Part shown: piece by piece, positions 1 to 7,882 of the stretch | Position numbering within the stretch: the first letter of the stretch is position 1 | Layout of the letters: every line of letters begins with the position of its first letter | Source: a virus | Taxonomy: Duplodnaviria > Caudoviricetes | Virus record (IMG/VR): IMGVR_UViG_3300037714_000089 | Span: 1 to 39,041 of that record | Direction: 5' to 3' (one strand) | DNA length: 39,041 bases | Position numbers and translations under genes: made by a program | Notes under the pieces: model-generated | What the model saw: the letters and a program-made list of their open reading frames with translations, nothing else | Databases searched by the model: none | Told to the model about the DNA's origin: nothing

Positions 1-44
1 CTCTTTTCGCACACACACAGCGATCTTTTTCCGAGGGGGCCGCG

Positions 45-347
45 ATGACCGCACGAAAGTTCCGTGCGGTCACTGAGGGCGAGACGGCGCCTGAGCCTGC
101 TCGGGCGAAGACCGTGACGCAGGCCGCGGACACGGGCACTCACCGTGACCTGTTGGTTGCGATGCGGGATCGCGTCGCGAAGGCGGTCGAGGACCCGAAC
201 ACCCCAGCTCGTGACCTGGCCGCGCTGACTCGTCGTCTGCTGGAGATCGCACGGGAGATCGAGGCGATCGACTCTCGAGCTGGAGGCGACGACATTGGCG
301 ACGCAGCCAGCACCCCCGACGCCGACTTCAGCCTTGAGGCTCTCTGA
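45..347 (+). CDS. terS: Terminase small subunit
   Basis: 100-aa helical protein (PARDLAALTRRLLEI) directly upstream of and overlapping terL; GAGGGGG RBS. Confidence 0.8.
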   Translation: MTARKFRAVTEGETAPEPARAKTVTQAADTGTHRDLLVAMRDRVAKAVEDPNTPARDLAALTRRLLEIAREIEAIDSRAGGDDIGDAASTPDADFSLEAL

Positions 348-1716
348 GGCTGCACGGCATCTGGTCTTACCGAAGGGCGTCGTGTCGACTGGCTTTCCCG
401 CCGTTCGAGACACGTGCCTCCGGCTGAATATCAACTTCGACCTTTGGCAGGCCGGCGCCGGGGCGGCGATCCTCGGGAAGCGTGAGGACGGGATGTACGC
501 CGCGGACGCGGTGGTGATCTCGATTCCGCGGCAGGTCGGTAAGACGTTCCTGATCGGTGCGATCATCTTCGCGCTGTGCATCATCCGCCCAGGCCTCCTG
601 GTGTTGTGGACGGCGCACCGCACCCCGACGGCGAACGAGACTTTCCAGTCGATGCGTGCGATGGCCGAGCGGCAGGAGCTGAAGCCGCACATCGCGTCTG
701 CGACGGCACCGGCCGGTAACGGCACCATCAAGTTCCGCAACGGGTCACGCATCCTGTTCGGCGCCAGGGAGCAGGGTTTCGGCCGAGGGTTCACGAAGGT
801 CGCGGTCGTCGTGTTCGACGAGGCGCAGATCCTCACACAGAACGCGATCGACGACATGATCCCGGCGACGAACCAGGCAGACAACCCGCTGATCGTGTAC
901 ATCGGGACACCGCCGAAGCCGTCGGACCGCGGGGACGTGTTCATCAACCTGCGGGCTGAGGCGCTGTCGGGCGACTCGGACGACACGCTGTACATCGAGT
1001 TCTCGGCCGACGAGGGTGCCGATCCGGGCGACCGGGAGCAGTGGGCGAAGGCGAACCCGTCATACCCGCTGCGGACCTCGTCCAGGGCGATGCTCCGGAT
1101 GAAGAAGAACCTCGGCGCTGAGTCGTTCATGCGCGAGGCACTCGGCATCTGGGACGGGAACGCCGTCGTCGGTGCGTTCTCGTCAGGGTCATGGGCCCGC
1201 CGCAGCACCTTGGCTGATCCTGGCCGCCCGGCTGCGATCGGTCTCGCGTCGGACGTCGACCAGGTGTGGCTGTCACTCGGCGCGGCGTCCAGTGACGAGG
1301 TGCCCCACCTCGGCTCGACGCACCGGGTGCGGATCGAGAAGCGCGCATGGTTCGTGGCCGAGGCGGCTCGCATCCAGTCGGAGTACGGGTGCGCCGTCGC
1401 CATCGACAAGCGGGGCCCTGCGTCGTTCCTCATCCCCGATCTGGAAGAGGCCGGCGTCGAACTGACGATGGCGAGCCTGGACGATTTCGTGCAGGCGTGC
1501 GCGGATATCAGATCAGCCGTGGAGCTGGGCCGGGTCACGCACGGCAACTACGACGACCTGAACGCGGCTGTTGACGCCGCCGGCTGGCGGATGCTCGGTG
1601 AGCGTCGCGTGTTCGCCCGCAAGAACGGGGATGTGTCGATGCTCGAGGCCGTGACCCTCGCCCTTTGGGGCGCCAGCCAGATCACCCAATACGACGTGCT
1701 CGACTCGATCGGATGA
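295..1716 (+). CDS. terL: Terminase large subunit
   Basis: Walker A-like PRQVGKT, Walker B VVVFDEAQ, motif III GTPP, WAKANPS; GGAGG at 282-286 before the TTG start. Confidence 0.95.
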   Translation: MATQPAPPTPTSALRLSEAARHLVLPKGVVSTGFPAVRDTCLRLNINFDLWQAGAGAAILGKREDGMYAADAVVISIPRQVGKTFLIGAIIFALCIIRPGLLVLWTAHRTPTANETFQSMRAMAERQELKPHIASATAPAGNGTIKFRNGSRILFGAREQGFGRGFTKVAVVVFDEAQILTQNAIDDMIPATNQADNPLIVYIGTPPKPSDRGDVFINLRAEALSGDSDDTLYIEFSADEGADPGDREQWAKANPSYPLRTSSRAMLRMKKNLGAESFMREALGIWDGNAVVGAFSSGSWARRSTLADPGRPAAIGLASDVDQVWLSLGAASSDEVPHLGSTHRVRIEKRAWFVAEAARIQSEYGCAVAIDKRGPASFLIPDLEEAGVELTMASLDDFVQACADIRSAVELGRVTHGNYDDLNAAVDAAGWRMLGERRVFARKNGDVSMLEAVTLALWGASQITQYDVLDSIG

Positions 1717-1727
1717 GGAGGAACCTG

Positions 1728-1865
1728 ATGTCCAAGACTGACGTGCTCGACCTCCTCGGCGTGACCCTCCTGGCCGGGTTCGCCTTCGTGTGCTGGCCGC
1801 CGCTGCCGCTCCTGGTGGTAGGCGTGGCCGCACTGGTCGCCTCGTGGAAGGCGTCTCGCTCGTGA
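1728..1865 (+). CDS. Small membrane protein between terL and portal
   Basis: 45 aa, two hydrophobic stretches, GAGGAGG RBS, GTGA overlap with portal. Confidence 0.75.
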   Translation: MSKTDVLDLLGVTLLAGFAFVCWPPLPLLVVGVAALVASWKASRS

Positions 1866-2989
1866 GCCTCTTCTTCGGGAAGACGGAGCAGCGGCTGATG
1901 GAGTCGTGGGTTCCTGTCGATCCGGCGAGCCGCCAGGTAACTCCTGAGGGCGCGACGCACCTGGTGCCGGTTTTCTCGGCCATCCGACACATCGTCAACT
2001 TCTCCTCGACTCTCCCGGTGGACTCCTACCGCAAGGTGGGTTCTGACCGGATCGAGATGAGGCCGCCCGCGCTGATCTCTGGGCTGGACGCTCCTGGCCG
2101 GCCAGGTCTGGTGAACTGGCTCGGGCAGGCGTTCTACGGCGTCGTCACCCGCGGCAATGCGGTCGGGTGGATTACTGAGACTGACGGGTTCGGGTTCCCG
2201 ACGGCGGTGTCGTGGCTGGCTCCGGGTGACTGGAGCTTCAACGAGACCTCGCGCAAGTGGTACGTGTTCGGTCATGAGGTGGGGTCGTCCAACATCCTGC
2301 ACATCCCGTGGATCGTTCCTCCGGGCAAGGTGCTGGGATTGTCGCCGCTGGAGCACTTCGCCGAGATGATCGGTGCTGGGCTGTCCGCGCAGGAGTACGC
2401 CGACATCAAGCGCGGCGGCGGCAACCCTCCGAGCATCCTGAAGAACACGGAGAAGACCCTGCAGCCGGGCGCTGCGGACGTGATCAAGGAACGGCTGATG
2501 GCCTCCTTGCGCAGGGGTGAGCCGCTCGTTACCGGGTCCGACTGGGACTGGTCGTCGGTGTCGATTCCGCCTAACCACGCGGAGTTCATCAAGATTCTCG
2601 AGCTGTCGGCCGTCCAGACTGCCGCGATCTACGGCATCGACTCGACCGAGGTCGGCGGTCCGCCGCCTGGTGGGTCGCTGACGTACAGCACCGAGGAGTC
2701 CCGGCAGATCCGACGCGCGGCGGACATGCGGCCGTACATCGAGCGGTTCGAGCGGGCGATCAACCGTGTCCTGCCGAGCAGGCAGTACATCAAGCTCAAC
2801 ACCGACGCCACGATCCGGACCGACATCAAGACGCGGACCGAAGTTGTCGGCGCGAAGCTCAAGGACGGCCGCCTGTCGGTCAACGAGGCGCGGGCCCTGG
2901 ATGACGACCCGCCCGTGCCTGGCGGAGATTTCTACAACGTGCCCGCCCCGACGGCGGCACCGGTCAACCGAGAAGGAGATCCATCATGA
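1862..2989 (+). CDS. HK97-family portal protein
   Basis: PVFSAI, RGNA, ILHIP..GLSPL motifs and LSVNEARAL-D-PP C-terminus; position after terL. Confidence 0.93.
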   Translation: MSLFFGKTEQRLMESWVPVDPASRQVTPEGATHLVPVFSAIRHIVNFSSTLPVDSYRKVGSDRIEMRPPALISGLDAPGRPGLVNWLGQAFYGVVTRGNAVGWITETDGFGFPTAVSWLAPGDWSFNETSRKWYVFGHEVGSSNILHIPWIVPPGKVLGLSPLEHFAEMIGAGLSAQEYADIKRGGGNPPSILKNTEKTLQPGAADVIKERLMASLRRGEPLVTGSDWDWSSVSIPPNHAEFIKILELSAVQTAAIYGIDSTEVGGPPPGGSLTYSTEESRQIRRAADMRPYIERFERAINRVLPSRQYIKLNTDATIRTDIKTRTEVVGAKLKDGRLSVNEARALDDDPPVPGGDFYNVPAPTAAPVNREGDPS

Positions 2990-3627
2990 GCGACGCAGAG
3001 CGGCGCTTTACGTCGGTTCGGGTGGAAGTCCGCGCCGGCACCGACAAGCGGACTATCGGCGGTTACGCCGCGAAGTTCGACCGAGCCAGCCAGAACCTCG
3101 GCGGGTTCCGTGAGCAGATCGCCCCGGGTGCGTTCAACCGCTCCCGGTCGCTGAACTGGCCGGACGTCGTGGCCCGCTACAACCACGACGACAACCTGCT
3201 GCTCGGCACGACGGGAGCCGGGACCCTGCGTCTCGGCATCGATGACATCGGCCTGACGTACGAGGCCGACCTTCCGTCCGCCCGTGCGGACGTGCACGAG
3301 CTGGTGCAGCGCGGCGACGTGCGGCAGTCATCGTTCGCGTTCATCGCCGACGACGAGGACTGGGCCGCCGACGACTCCGGTTTCCCGCTGCGCACGCTGA
3401 AGCAGGTGCGCCTGCTCGACGTCGCCCCGGTGAACGCTCCGGCCTACCAGGACACGTCGGTGGGTCTGCGGTCGCTGGCTGCCAAGTTCGATGCCGATCT
3501 CGAAGAGGTCCGGCAGATGGCGGCCGAGAACGAGCTGACGCGGTTCTTCAAGCGCACCGACGCCACCGCACCGACGGCTCGGCGGTCGGCCCAGATGGCA
3601 CTGACCCGGGCCATGAAGCTTTCCTGA
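2986..3627 (+). CDS. HK97-type prohead (capsid maturation) protease
   Basis: GYAAKF, EQIAPGAF, NHD, SSFAF, DVAPVNAPAY motifs. Confidence 0.95.
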   Translation: MSDAERRFTSVRVEVRAGTDKRTIGGYAAKFDRASQNLGGFREQIAPGAFNRSRSLNWPDVVARYNHDDNLLLGTTGAGTLRLGIDDIGLTYEADLPSARADVHELVQRGDVRQSSFAFIADDEDWAADDSGFPLRTLKQVRLLDVAPVNAPAYQDTSVGLRSLAAKFDADLEEVRQMAAENELTRFFKRTDATAPTARRSAQMALTRAMKLS

Positions 3628-3773
3628 CGCAACACCAGCAAGCAACCCGCCGCGCCACCGGACAACCGCTGGCACCGCGCGGGGGATCACCACAACTGAA
3701 TACCGACCCACCGGACCCCCGCTGGGACTGAACCGCACGAATCCTTATCTCAGTTCCCGGAAAGGGGAATGCC

Positions 3774-5003
3774 ATGACCAGCATTGCCGATCAGCTGATG
3801 GAGCGCCGAGCCGCTCTCATCACCAAGGCCACCGACGTGGCCCAGAAGGGCGTCACGGAGGACCGCGACCTGACCGTCGAGGAGCAGACCTCCTTCGACC
3901 AGATGATCGCCGAGGCCGAGAAGCTCGGTGAGCGTGCGCAGGCCATCGCCGACGGCGAGGGCCGCGCGAACGACCTCGAGGCGTCGTTCCGGTCCGTCAC
4001 GGGCCGTGAGCCGAACAAGCGCAACCAGCACGAGGCTGGTTCGGGCCTGGGGAAGTGGGCGCGTGAGGCCCGGATCGGGGACACGTTCAACGTGACCCAG
4101 CCGGACGCCTCCGAGATGCGCGCCATCCTCCGCGGTGAGCACCGCGACATGTCGGCTTCCGGTGGCGTCGGTGTCAACGCAGTGTCCTCACAGCTGTGGG
4201 AGTACGCGGTGCACGTCGGGCAGATCCTGCAGTCCGGCGTCGACATCATCAACACCGCGGACGGGAACGCACTGCCGTTCCCGCGCGCGACGGTGCATGC
4301 CGCGACGGACGACACGGCCCTGGCCGCTCACGACCCGTTCGTGACGTCCGAGTCGACGATCAACACCGTCTCCTCGACGGTGGAGAAGTTCGGCTTCATC
4401 AGCTACGTCCCGACGGAGCTGGTGGCGGACGCGACGTTCGACCTCGAGGGGTACATCGCACGGAACGCGGGCCGTCAGCTCGGTCGCCGGGTGTCTTCGG
4501 TGGCCGCCACTGGTGCGATCGCCGGGTTCACCACGGCCGGCGTCACCGCACCTGCGGGCGTGCTCACCAACTTCGGTGACCAGACCGCCGTCGGCGAGGG
4601 TACCGACCTGATCTACCAGCTGTTCCACTCGGTCCTTCCGGAGTACCGCACGGACGCCTCATGGCTGATGGCGGACCCGACGGCGGCTCTGGTGCGGGTC
4701 CTCAAGGGCTCGGACGGCCAGTCGGTGTGGCAGCCCGCACTGACCGCCGGCGACCCCGACCTCCTGGTCGGCAAGCCGGTGTACATCGCCCCGCAGATCG
4801 ACACCCCCGCGATCGACGCGAAGTCGATCTTCTTCGGTGACATGTCGGCGCTGAAGGTGCGCATCGCTGGCGGTCTGCGGTTCGAGCGGTCGGACGAGTA
4901 CAAGTTCGGCAACGACCAGATCTCGTTCCGCGCCGCCGTGCGCACCGGCGCTGTGGTCGTCGACCCGAACGCCGTCAAGCACCTCCTGCACCCGGGAGCC
5001 TGA
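3774..5003 (+). CDS. Major capsid protein (HK97 fold with N-terminal delta domain)
   Basis: Coiled-coil N-terminus; LKGSDGQSVW, LVGKPV, FFGD motifs; follows protease. Confidence 0.95.
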   Translation: MTSIADQLMERRAALITKATDVAQKGVTEDRDLTVEEQTSFDQMIAEAEKLGERAQAIADGEGRANDLEASFRSVTGREPNKRNQHEAGSGLGKWAREARIGDTFNVTQPDASEMRAILRGEHRDMSASGGVGVNAVSSQLWEYAVHVGQILQSGVDIINTADGNALPFPRATVHAATDDTALAAHDPFVTSESTINTVSSTVEKFGFISYVPTELVADATFDLEGYIARNAGRQLGRRVSSVAATGAIAGFTTAGVTAPAGVLTNFGDQTAVGEGTDLIYQLFHSVLPEYRTDASWLMADPTAALVRVLKGSDGQSVWQPALTAGDPDLLVGKPVYIAPQIDTPAIDAKSIFFGDMSALKVRIAGGLRFERSDEYKFGNDQISFRAAVRTGAVVVDPNAVKHLLHPGA

Positions 5004-5006
5004 TCC

Positions 5007-5047
5007 ATCTGATGCGGCCTCACCAACCTGGTGGGGTCGCATCAGGT
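5007..5047 (+). terminator. Long hairpin after capsid gene (terminator or mRNA-stabilising stem)
   Basis: ATCTGATGCGGCCTCACCA-ACC-TGGTGGGGTCGCATCAGGT; no U-tract. Confidence 0.6.
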
Positions 5048-5062
5048 CGTACCCGAAAGGAA

Positions 5063-5332
5063 ATGAGCATGAAGGTACGTATGGTGCACCAGCCGACCGG
5101 GTACATCAGCCTCGGCGGTGGCCCGCTTCGGGAGTGGCCGAGGGCCGGCGAGACGATGGACCTGCCCGACGGGATGGCGCAGACGATGATCGGCGCCGGG
5201 AACGTGGCCGCCGTCGAGGACGAGGTTGAGACTCGACCGGCCCCGACCGCCGACGTCGAGACTCGCCCCGGCGCGCCCGTCAAGCGTGGCCCCGGGCGAC
5301 CCCGCAAGAACCCGTCGCCGGACAAGGACTGA
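5063..5332 (+). CDS. Small head-region protein with AT-hook-like motif
   Basis: GAAAGGA RBS; C-terminal KRGPGRPRK; start may be 5069. Confidence 0.75.
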   Translation: MSMKVRMVHQPTGYISLGGGPLREWPRAGETMDLPDGMAQTMIGAGNVAAVEDEVETRPAPTADVETRPGAPVKRGPGRPRKNPSPDKD

Positions 5333-5339
5333 CGTTTCG

Positions 5340-5945
5340 ATGGCCATCGGCGACGCCTACGCAACACTCGCGGAGCTGAAGGCGTACGCGAGTGTCCAGA
5401 AGAACACGCACGACGACCTCCTGGAGGACGTGCTCGCCGCGGCGTCACGCGGTATCGAGCTGGTGTGTCACCGCCAGTTCAACGTCGCAGCCACGGCCAC
5501 CGCGCGCGCGTACCGCCCGCTGCATGGTCGCATCGTGGAGGTCGACGACTTCCACACCACGACAGACCTTGCGGTGGCTACCGACAGTGCCGGAGACGGC
5601 ATGTACGACACCGTGTGGACCTCGGCCGACTTCCAGCTGGAGCCGCTGAACGGCGTCATCGGGGGACAGCCCGGGTGGCCGTTCTCGATGGTCCGTGCGG
5701 TCAACTCGCTCCTGTTCCCGACGGCGGCCCGTGCCTCGGTCCAGGTGACCGCAGCGTGGGGCTGGGCTTCCGTGCCCACCCCCGTCAAGCAGGCGTGCCT
5801 GATCGTCGCCGAGGAGCTGTTCAAGCTCAAGGACGCGCCGTTCGGCGTCGCGGGCATGGACACCTACGGCACAGTCCGCGTCCGGGAGAACCCCATGGTC
5901 ATGCGCAAGCTCGCGCCGTACGTCCTCGACCCGGTGCTGGCCTGA
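5340..5945 (+). CDS. Head-to-tail adaptor (connector)
   Basis: YATLAELKAY start, AASRGIE..C.RQF, WGW..VP..VKQACL; synteny. Confidence 0.85.
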   Translation: MAIGDAYATLAELKAYASVQKNTHDDLLEDVLAAASRGIELVCHRQFNVAATATARAYRPLHGRIVEVDDFHTTTDLAVATDSAGDGMYDTVWTSADFQLEPLNGVIGGQPGWPFSMVRAVNSLLFPTAARASVQVTAAWGWASVPTPVKQACLIVAEELFKLKDAPFGVAGMDTYGTVRVRENPMVMRKLAPYVLDPVLA

Positions 5946-6364
5946 TGGGCAAGATCGCGGACGTCCGCGCCGGCCTCGCGACGGCCATGGGCACGATCGC
6001 CGGCCTCAGCACCGAGGCGTACGTGCGGGATATCGCGGACGTCCCGGTCGCGATGGTCGGCGGCCCGGACCCGCTCGAGTACGACAAGACGTTCGGGCGC
6101 GGGCATGACGACTACACGTTCCCGGTCATGGTGTTCGCCGCGCGCGTGTCCGATGAGGACTCGCAGACGCAGCTCGACGCCTACCTGGACCCGTTCGGCG
6201 CGTCGTCGATCAAGGCTGCGATCGAGGCTGACTCGACTCTCGGCGGTGTCGTGGATGACCTGCGTGTCACCGGGGCCCGCGAGTACGGGCCGCAGGACAT
6301 CAACGGCGTCATGTACCTCGGGGCCGTCCTGCTCGTCGAGGTCATGGCGTCCGGCAAGGCATGA
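5945..6364 (+). CDS. Tail terminator/completion-like protein
   Basis: TGATG coupling; AAIEADSTLGGVV motif typical of tail completion proteins; synteny. Confidence 0.7.
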   Translation: MGKIADVRAGLATAMGTIAGLSTEAYVRDIADVPVAMVGGPDPLEYDKTFGRGHDDYTFPVMVFAARVSDEDSQTQLDAYLDPFGASSIKAAIEADSTLGGVVDDLRVTGAREYGPQDINGVMYLGAVLLVEVMASGKA

Positions 6365-6570
6365 GCAAGGGAGCGCGCGTGATGAAGAAGTACACCGTCG
6401 TCGGACCCCACCGGGTCCGTGAGATCTCTCCTGGCGAGGTCGTCGACCTCGACCCGGAGAACCCGGGGACCAAGCGTCTCCTGCAGCGCGGACAGATCCG
6501 TCCGGCCGCCAAGAAGCCGGTTCAGTCCGGCACTACCGCGGCCACCACGGCCGACACAGAAGAGGAGTGA
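6361..6570 (+). CDS. Hypothetical protein (virion region)
   Basis: ATGA overlap with previous gene; small gene before major tail. Confidence 0.6.
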   Translation: MSKGARVMKKYTVVGPHRVREISPGEVVDLDPENPGTKRLLQRGQIRPAAKKPVQSGTTAATTADTEEE

Positions 6571-6577
6571 GTGAGCC

Positions 6578-7000
6578 ATGGCAAAGTTCGTTCTGAAGGA
6601 TTGCTTCGTCTCGGTCGACTCGGTGGATCTTTCCGACCACTGCTCGTCGGTCACCATCGATTCCACGTTCGACGAGGTCGACGTGACCGGATTCGGGGGG
6701 ATCTACAAGGAGATCATCCAGGGTCTCGGCGACGGCACGATCACGCTGAACGTGTTCCAGGACTTCGACGTCGCAAGCGTCGACGACACCCTGTGGCCTC
6801 TGTCGCAGTCCGGCGACCCGTTCCCCGTCATCGTCCGTCCGACGTCGGCCGTGGCCTCGGCGACGAACCCCGAGTACACCATGACCGGCGTCCTGCTCGG
6901 ATTCAACCCGATCGCGGGATCCGTCGGCGAGGCAAGCGCGTCCGACGTCCCGATCCGCAACTCCTCGCCCGCCGGCATCCAGCGCGGCACCGGGGCCTGA
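6578..7000 (+). CDS. Major tail (tube) protein
   Basis: 140 aa; DLSDHCSSVTI, DVTGFGG, GLGDGTITL, SATNPEYT pattern of short actinophage tail tube proteins. Confidence 0.85.
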   Translation: MAKFVLKDCFVSVDSVDLSDHCSSVTIDSTFDEVDVTGFGGIYKEIIQGLGDGTITLNVFQDFDVASVDDTLWPLSQSGDPFPVIVRPTSAVASATNPEYTMTGVLLGFNPIAGSVGEASASDVPIRNSSPAGIQRGTGA

Positions 7001-7003
7001 GTC

Positions 7004-7414
7004 ATGGCCAAGTCCCCGACCGGGGCGCCGATCCAGGTCGAGGGTGTCCGGGAGCTCGTCAAGGCGATCGGCAAGATCGACCCGGCGCTGCGCAAGGAGC
7101 TCGGGCAGCGGAACAAGGCTATCGGTCAGCGCATCATCGACCGTGCCTACCCCAAGCCGGAGTCCGTGGGGGCGGGCGCGGGTGCCAAGCCGCGCGCGTC
7201 TGCTTCCACGAACGTGCTGCGGATCCTCGCGGGCACGAAGGCGCGAACGAACCCTGTCCAGCAGTGGGGACGCCGTGTCGTCCCTCGCGACGGGATCAAG
7301 CGGCCCTACATCCGGCAGTCCGCCGTGAACGAGATGCCGCACATCGAGAAGGAATACATGGACGCCCTCCTGGACGTCGCACGCAAGGCCGGAATCACCG
7401 CGAAGAAGGGCTGA
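7004..7414 (+). CDS. HK97 gp10-like neck/tail protein
   Basis: IQVEGVRELVKAI N-terminus, basic, QWG and RPYI motifs. Confidence 0.65.
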   Translation: MAKSPTGAPIQVEGVRELVKAIGKIDPALRKELGQRNKAIGQRIIDRAYPKPESVGAGAGAKPRASASTNVLRILAGTKARTNPVQQWGRRVVPRDGIKRPYIRQSAVNEMPHIEKEYMDALLDVARKAGITAKKG

Positions 7415-7418
7415 CCCC

Positions 7419-7715
7419 ATGAACCGACGAGATCTGCTGAGTGCATCCAAGCTGCTCCTGCGCCACAAGATGGACGCGTCGAATCCCCTGCTGCTGGGCT
7501 TCGCAGCCGAGTTCCTCGCGGGCAGGAAGACGGGGGAGATCACCACCTCGTTCAAGGACTTCCTTGAGGAGGACATCTCCGACGACGACGACGCCACGGA
7601 CGACGAGGACTTCGGCGACATCGAGGAGATCCCCGAGCGCGAGGACGACACCGTGGAGGCGGACGAAGAGGGGGCCGTCGAGGAGAAGGAGATCGAGGAC
7701 CCTACCAAGCCGTAG
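7419..7715 (+). CDS. Tail assembly chaperone (G-like)
   Basis: Between tail tube and tape measure; very acidic C-half ending EDPTKP. Confidence 0.75.
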   Translation: MNRRDLLSASKLLLRHKMDASNPLLLGFAAEFLAGRKTGEITTSFKDFLEEDISDDDDATDDEDFGDIEEIPEREDDTVEADEEGAVEEKEIEDPTKP

Positions 7716-7867
7716 TAGACCTCGAGGAGGAGTACTACGACGAACTGGCGCAGTACTGCCATTTCTGGAGGATCACCCCGGGCCAATTTCAGGCCCTGGA
7801 CGTCGAGGAGTACTACGCCTTCGGGCGGTACATGCAGAGATGGCAGAAAGCGCGGGAAGACAACTGA
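7700..7867 (+). CDS. Tail assembly chaperone -1 frame extension (GT-like)
   Basis: Open -1 frame PYQAVVDLEEEYYDELAQYCHFWRITPGQFQALDVEEYYAFGRYMQRWQKAREDN*, no early start codon, fills the gap before the tape measure. Confidence 0.75.
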   Translation, partial: PYQAVVDLEEEYYDELAQYCHFWRITPGQFQALDVEEYYAFGRYMQRWQKAREDN

Positions 7868-7882
7868 ACAGGGGGTGACCCA

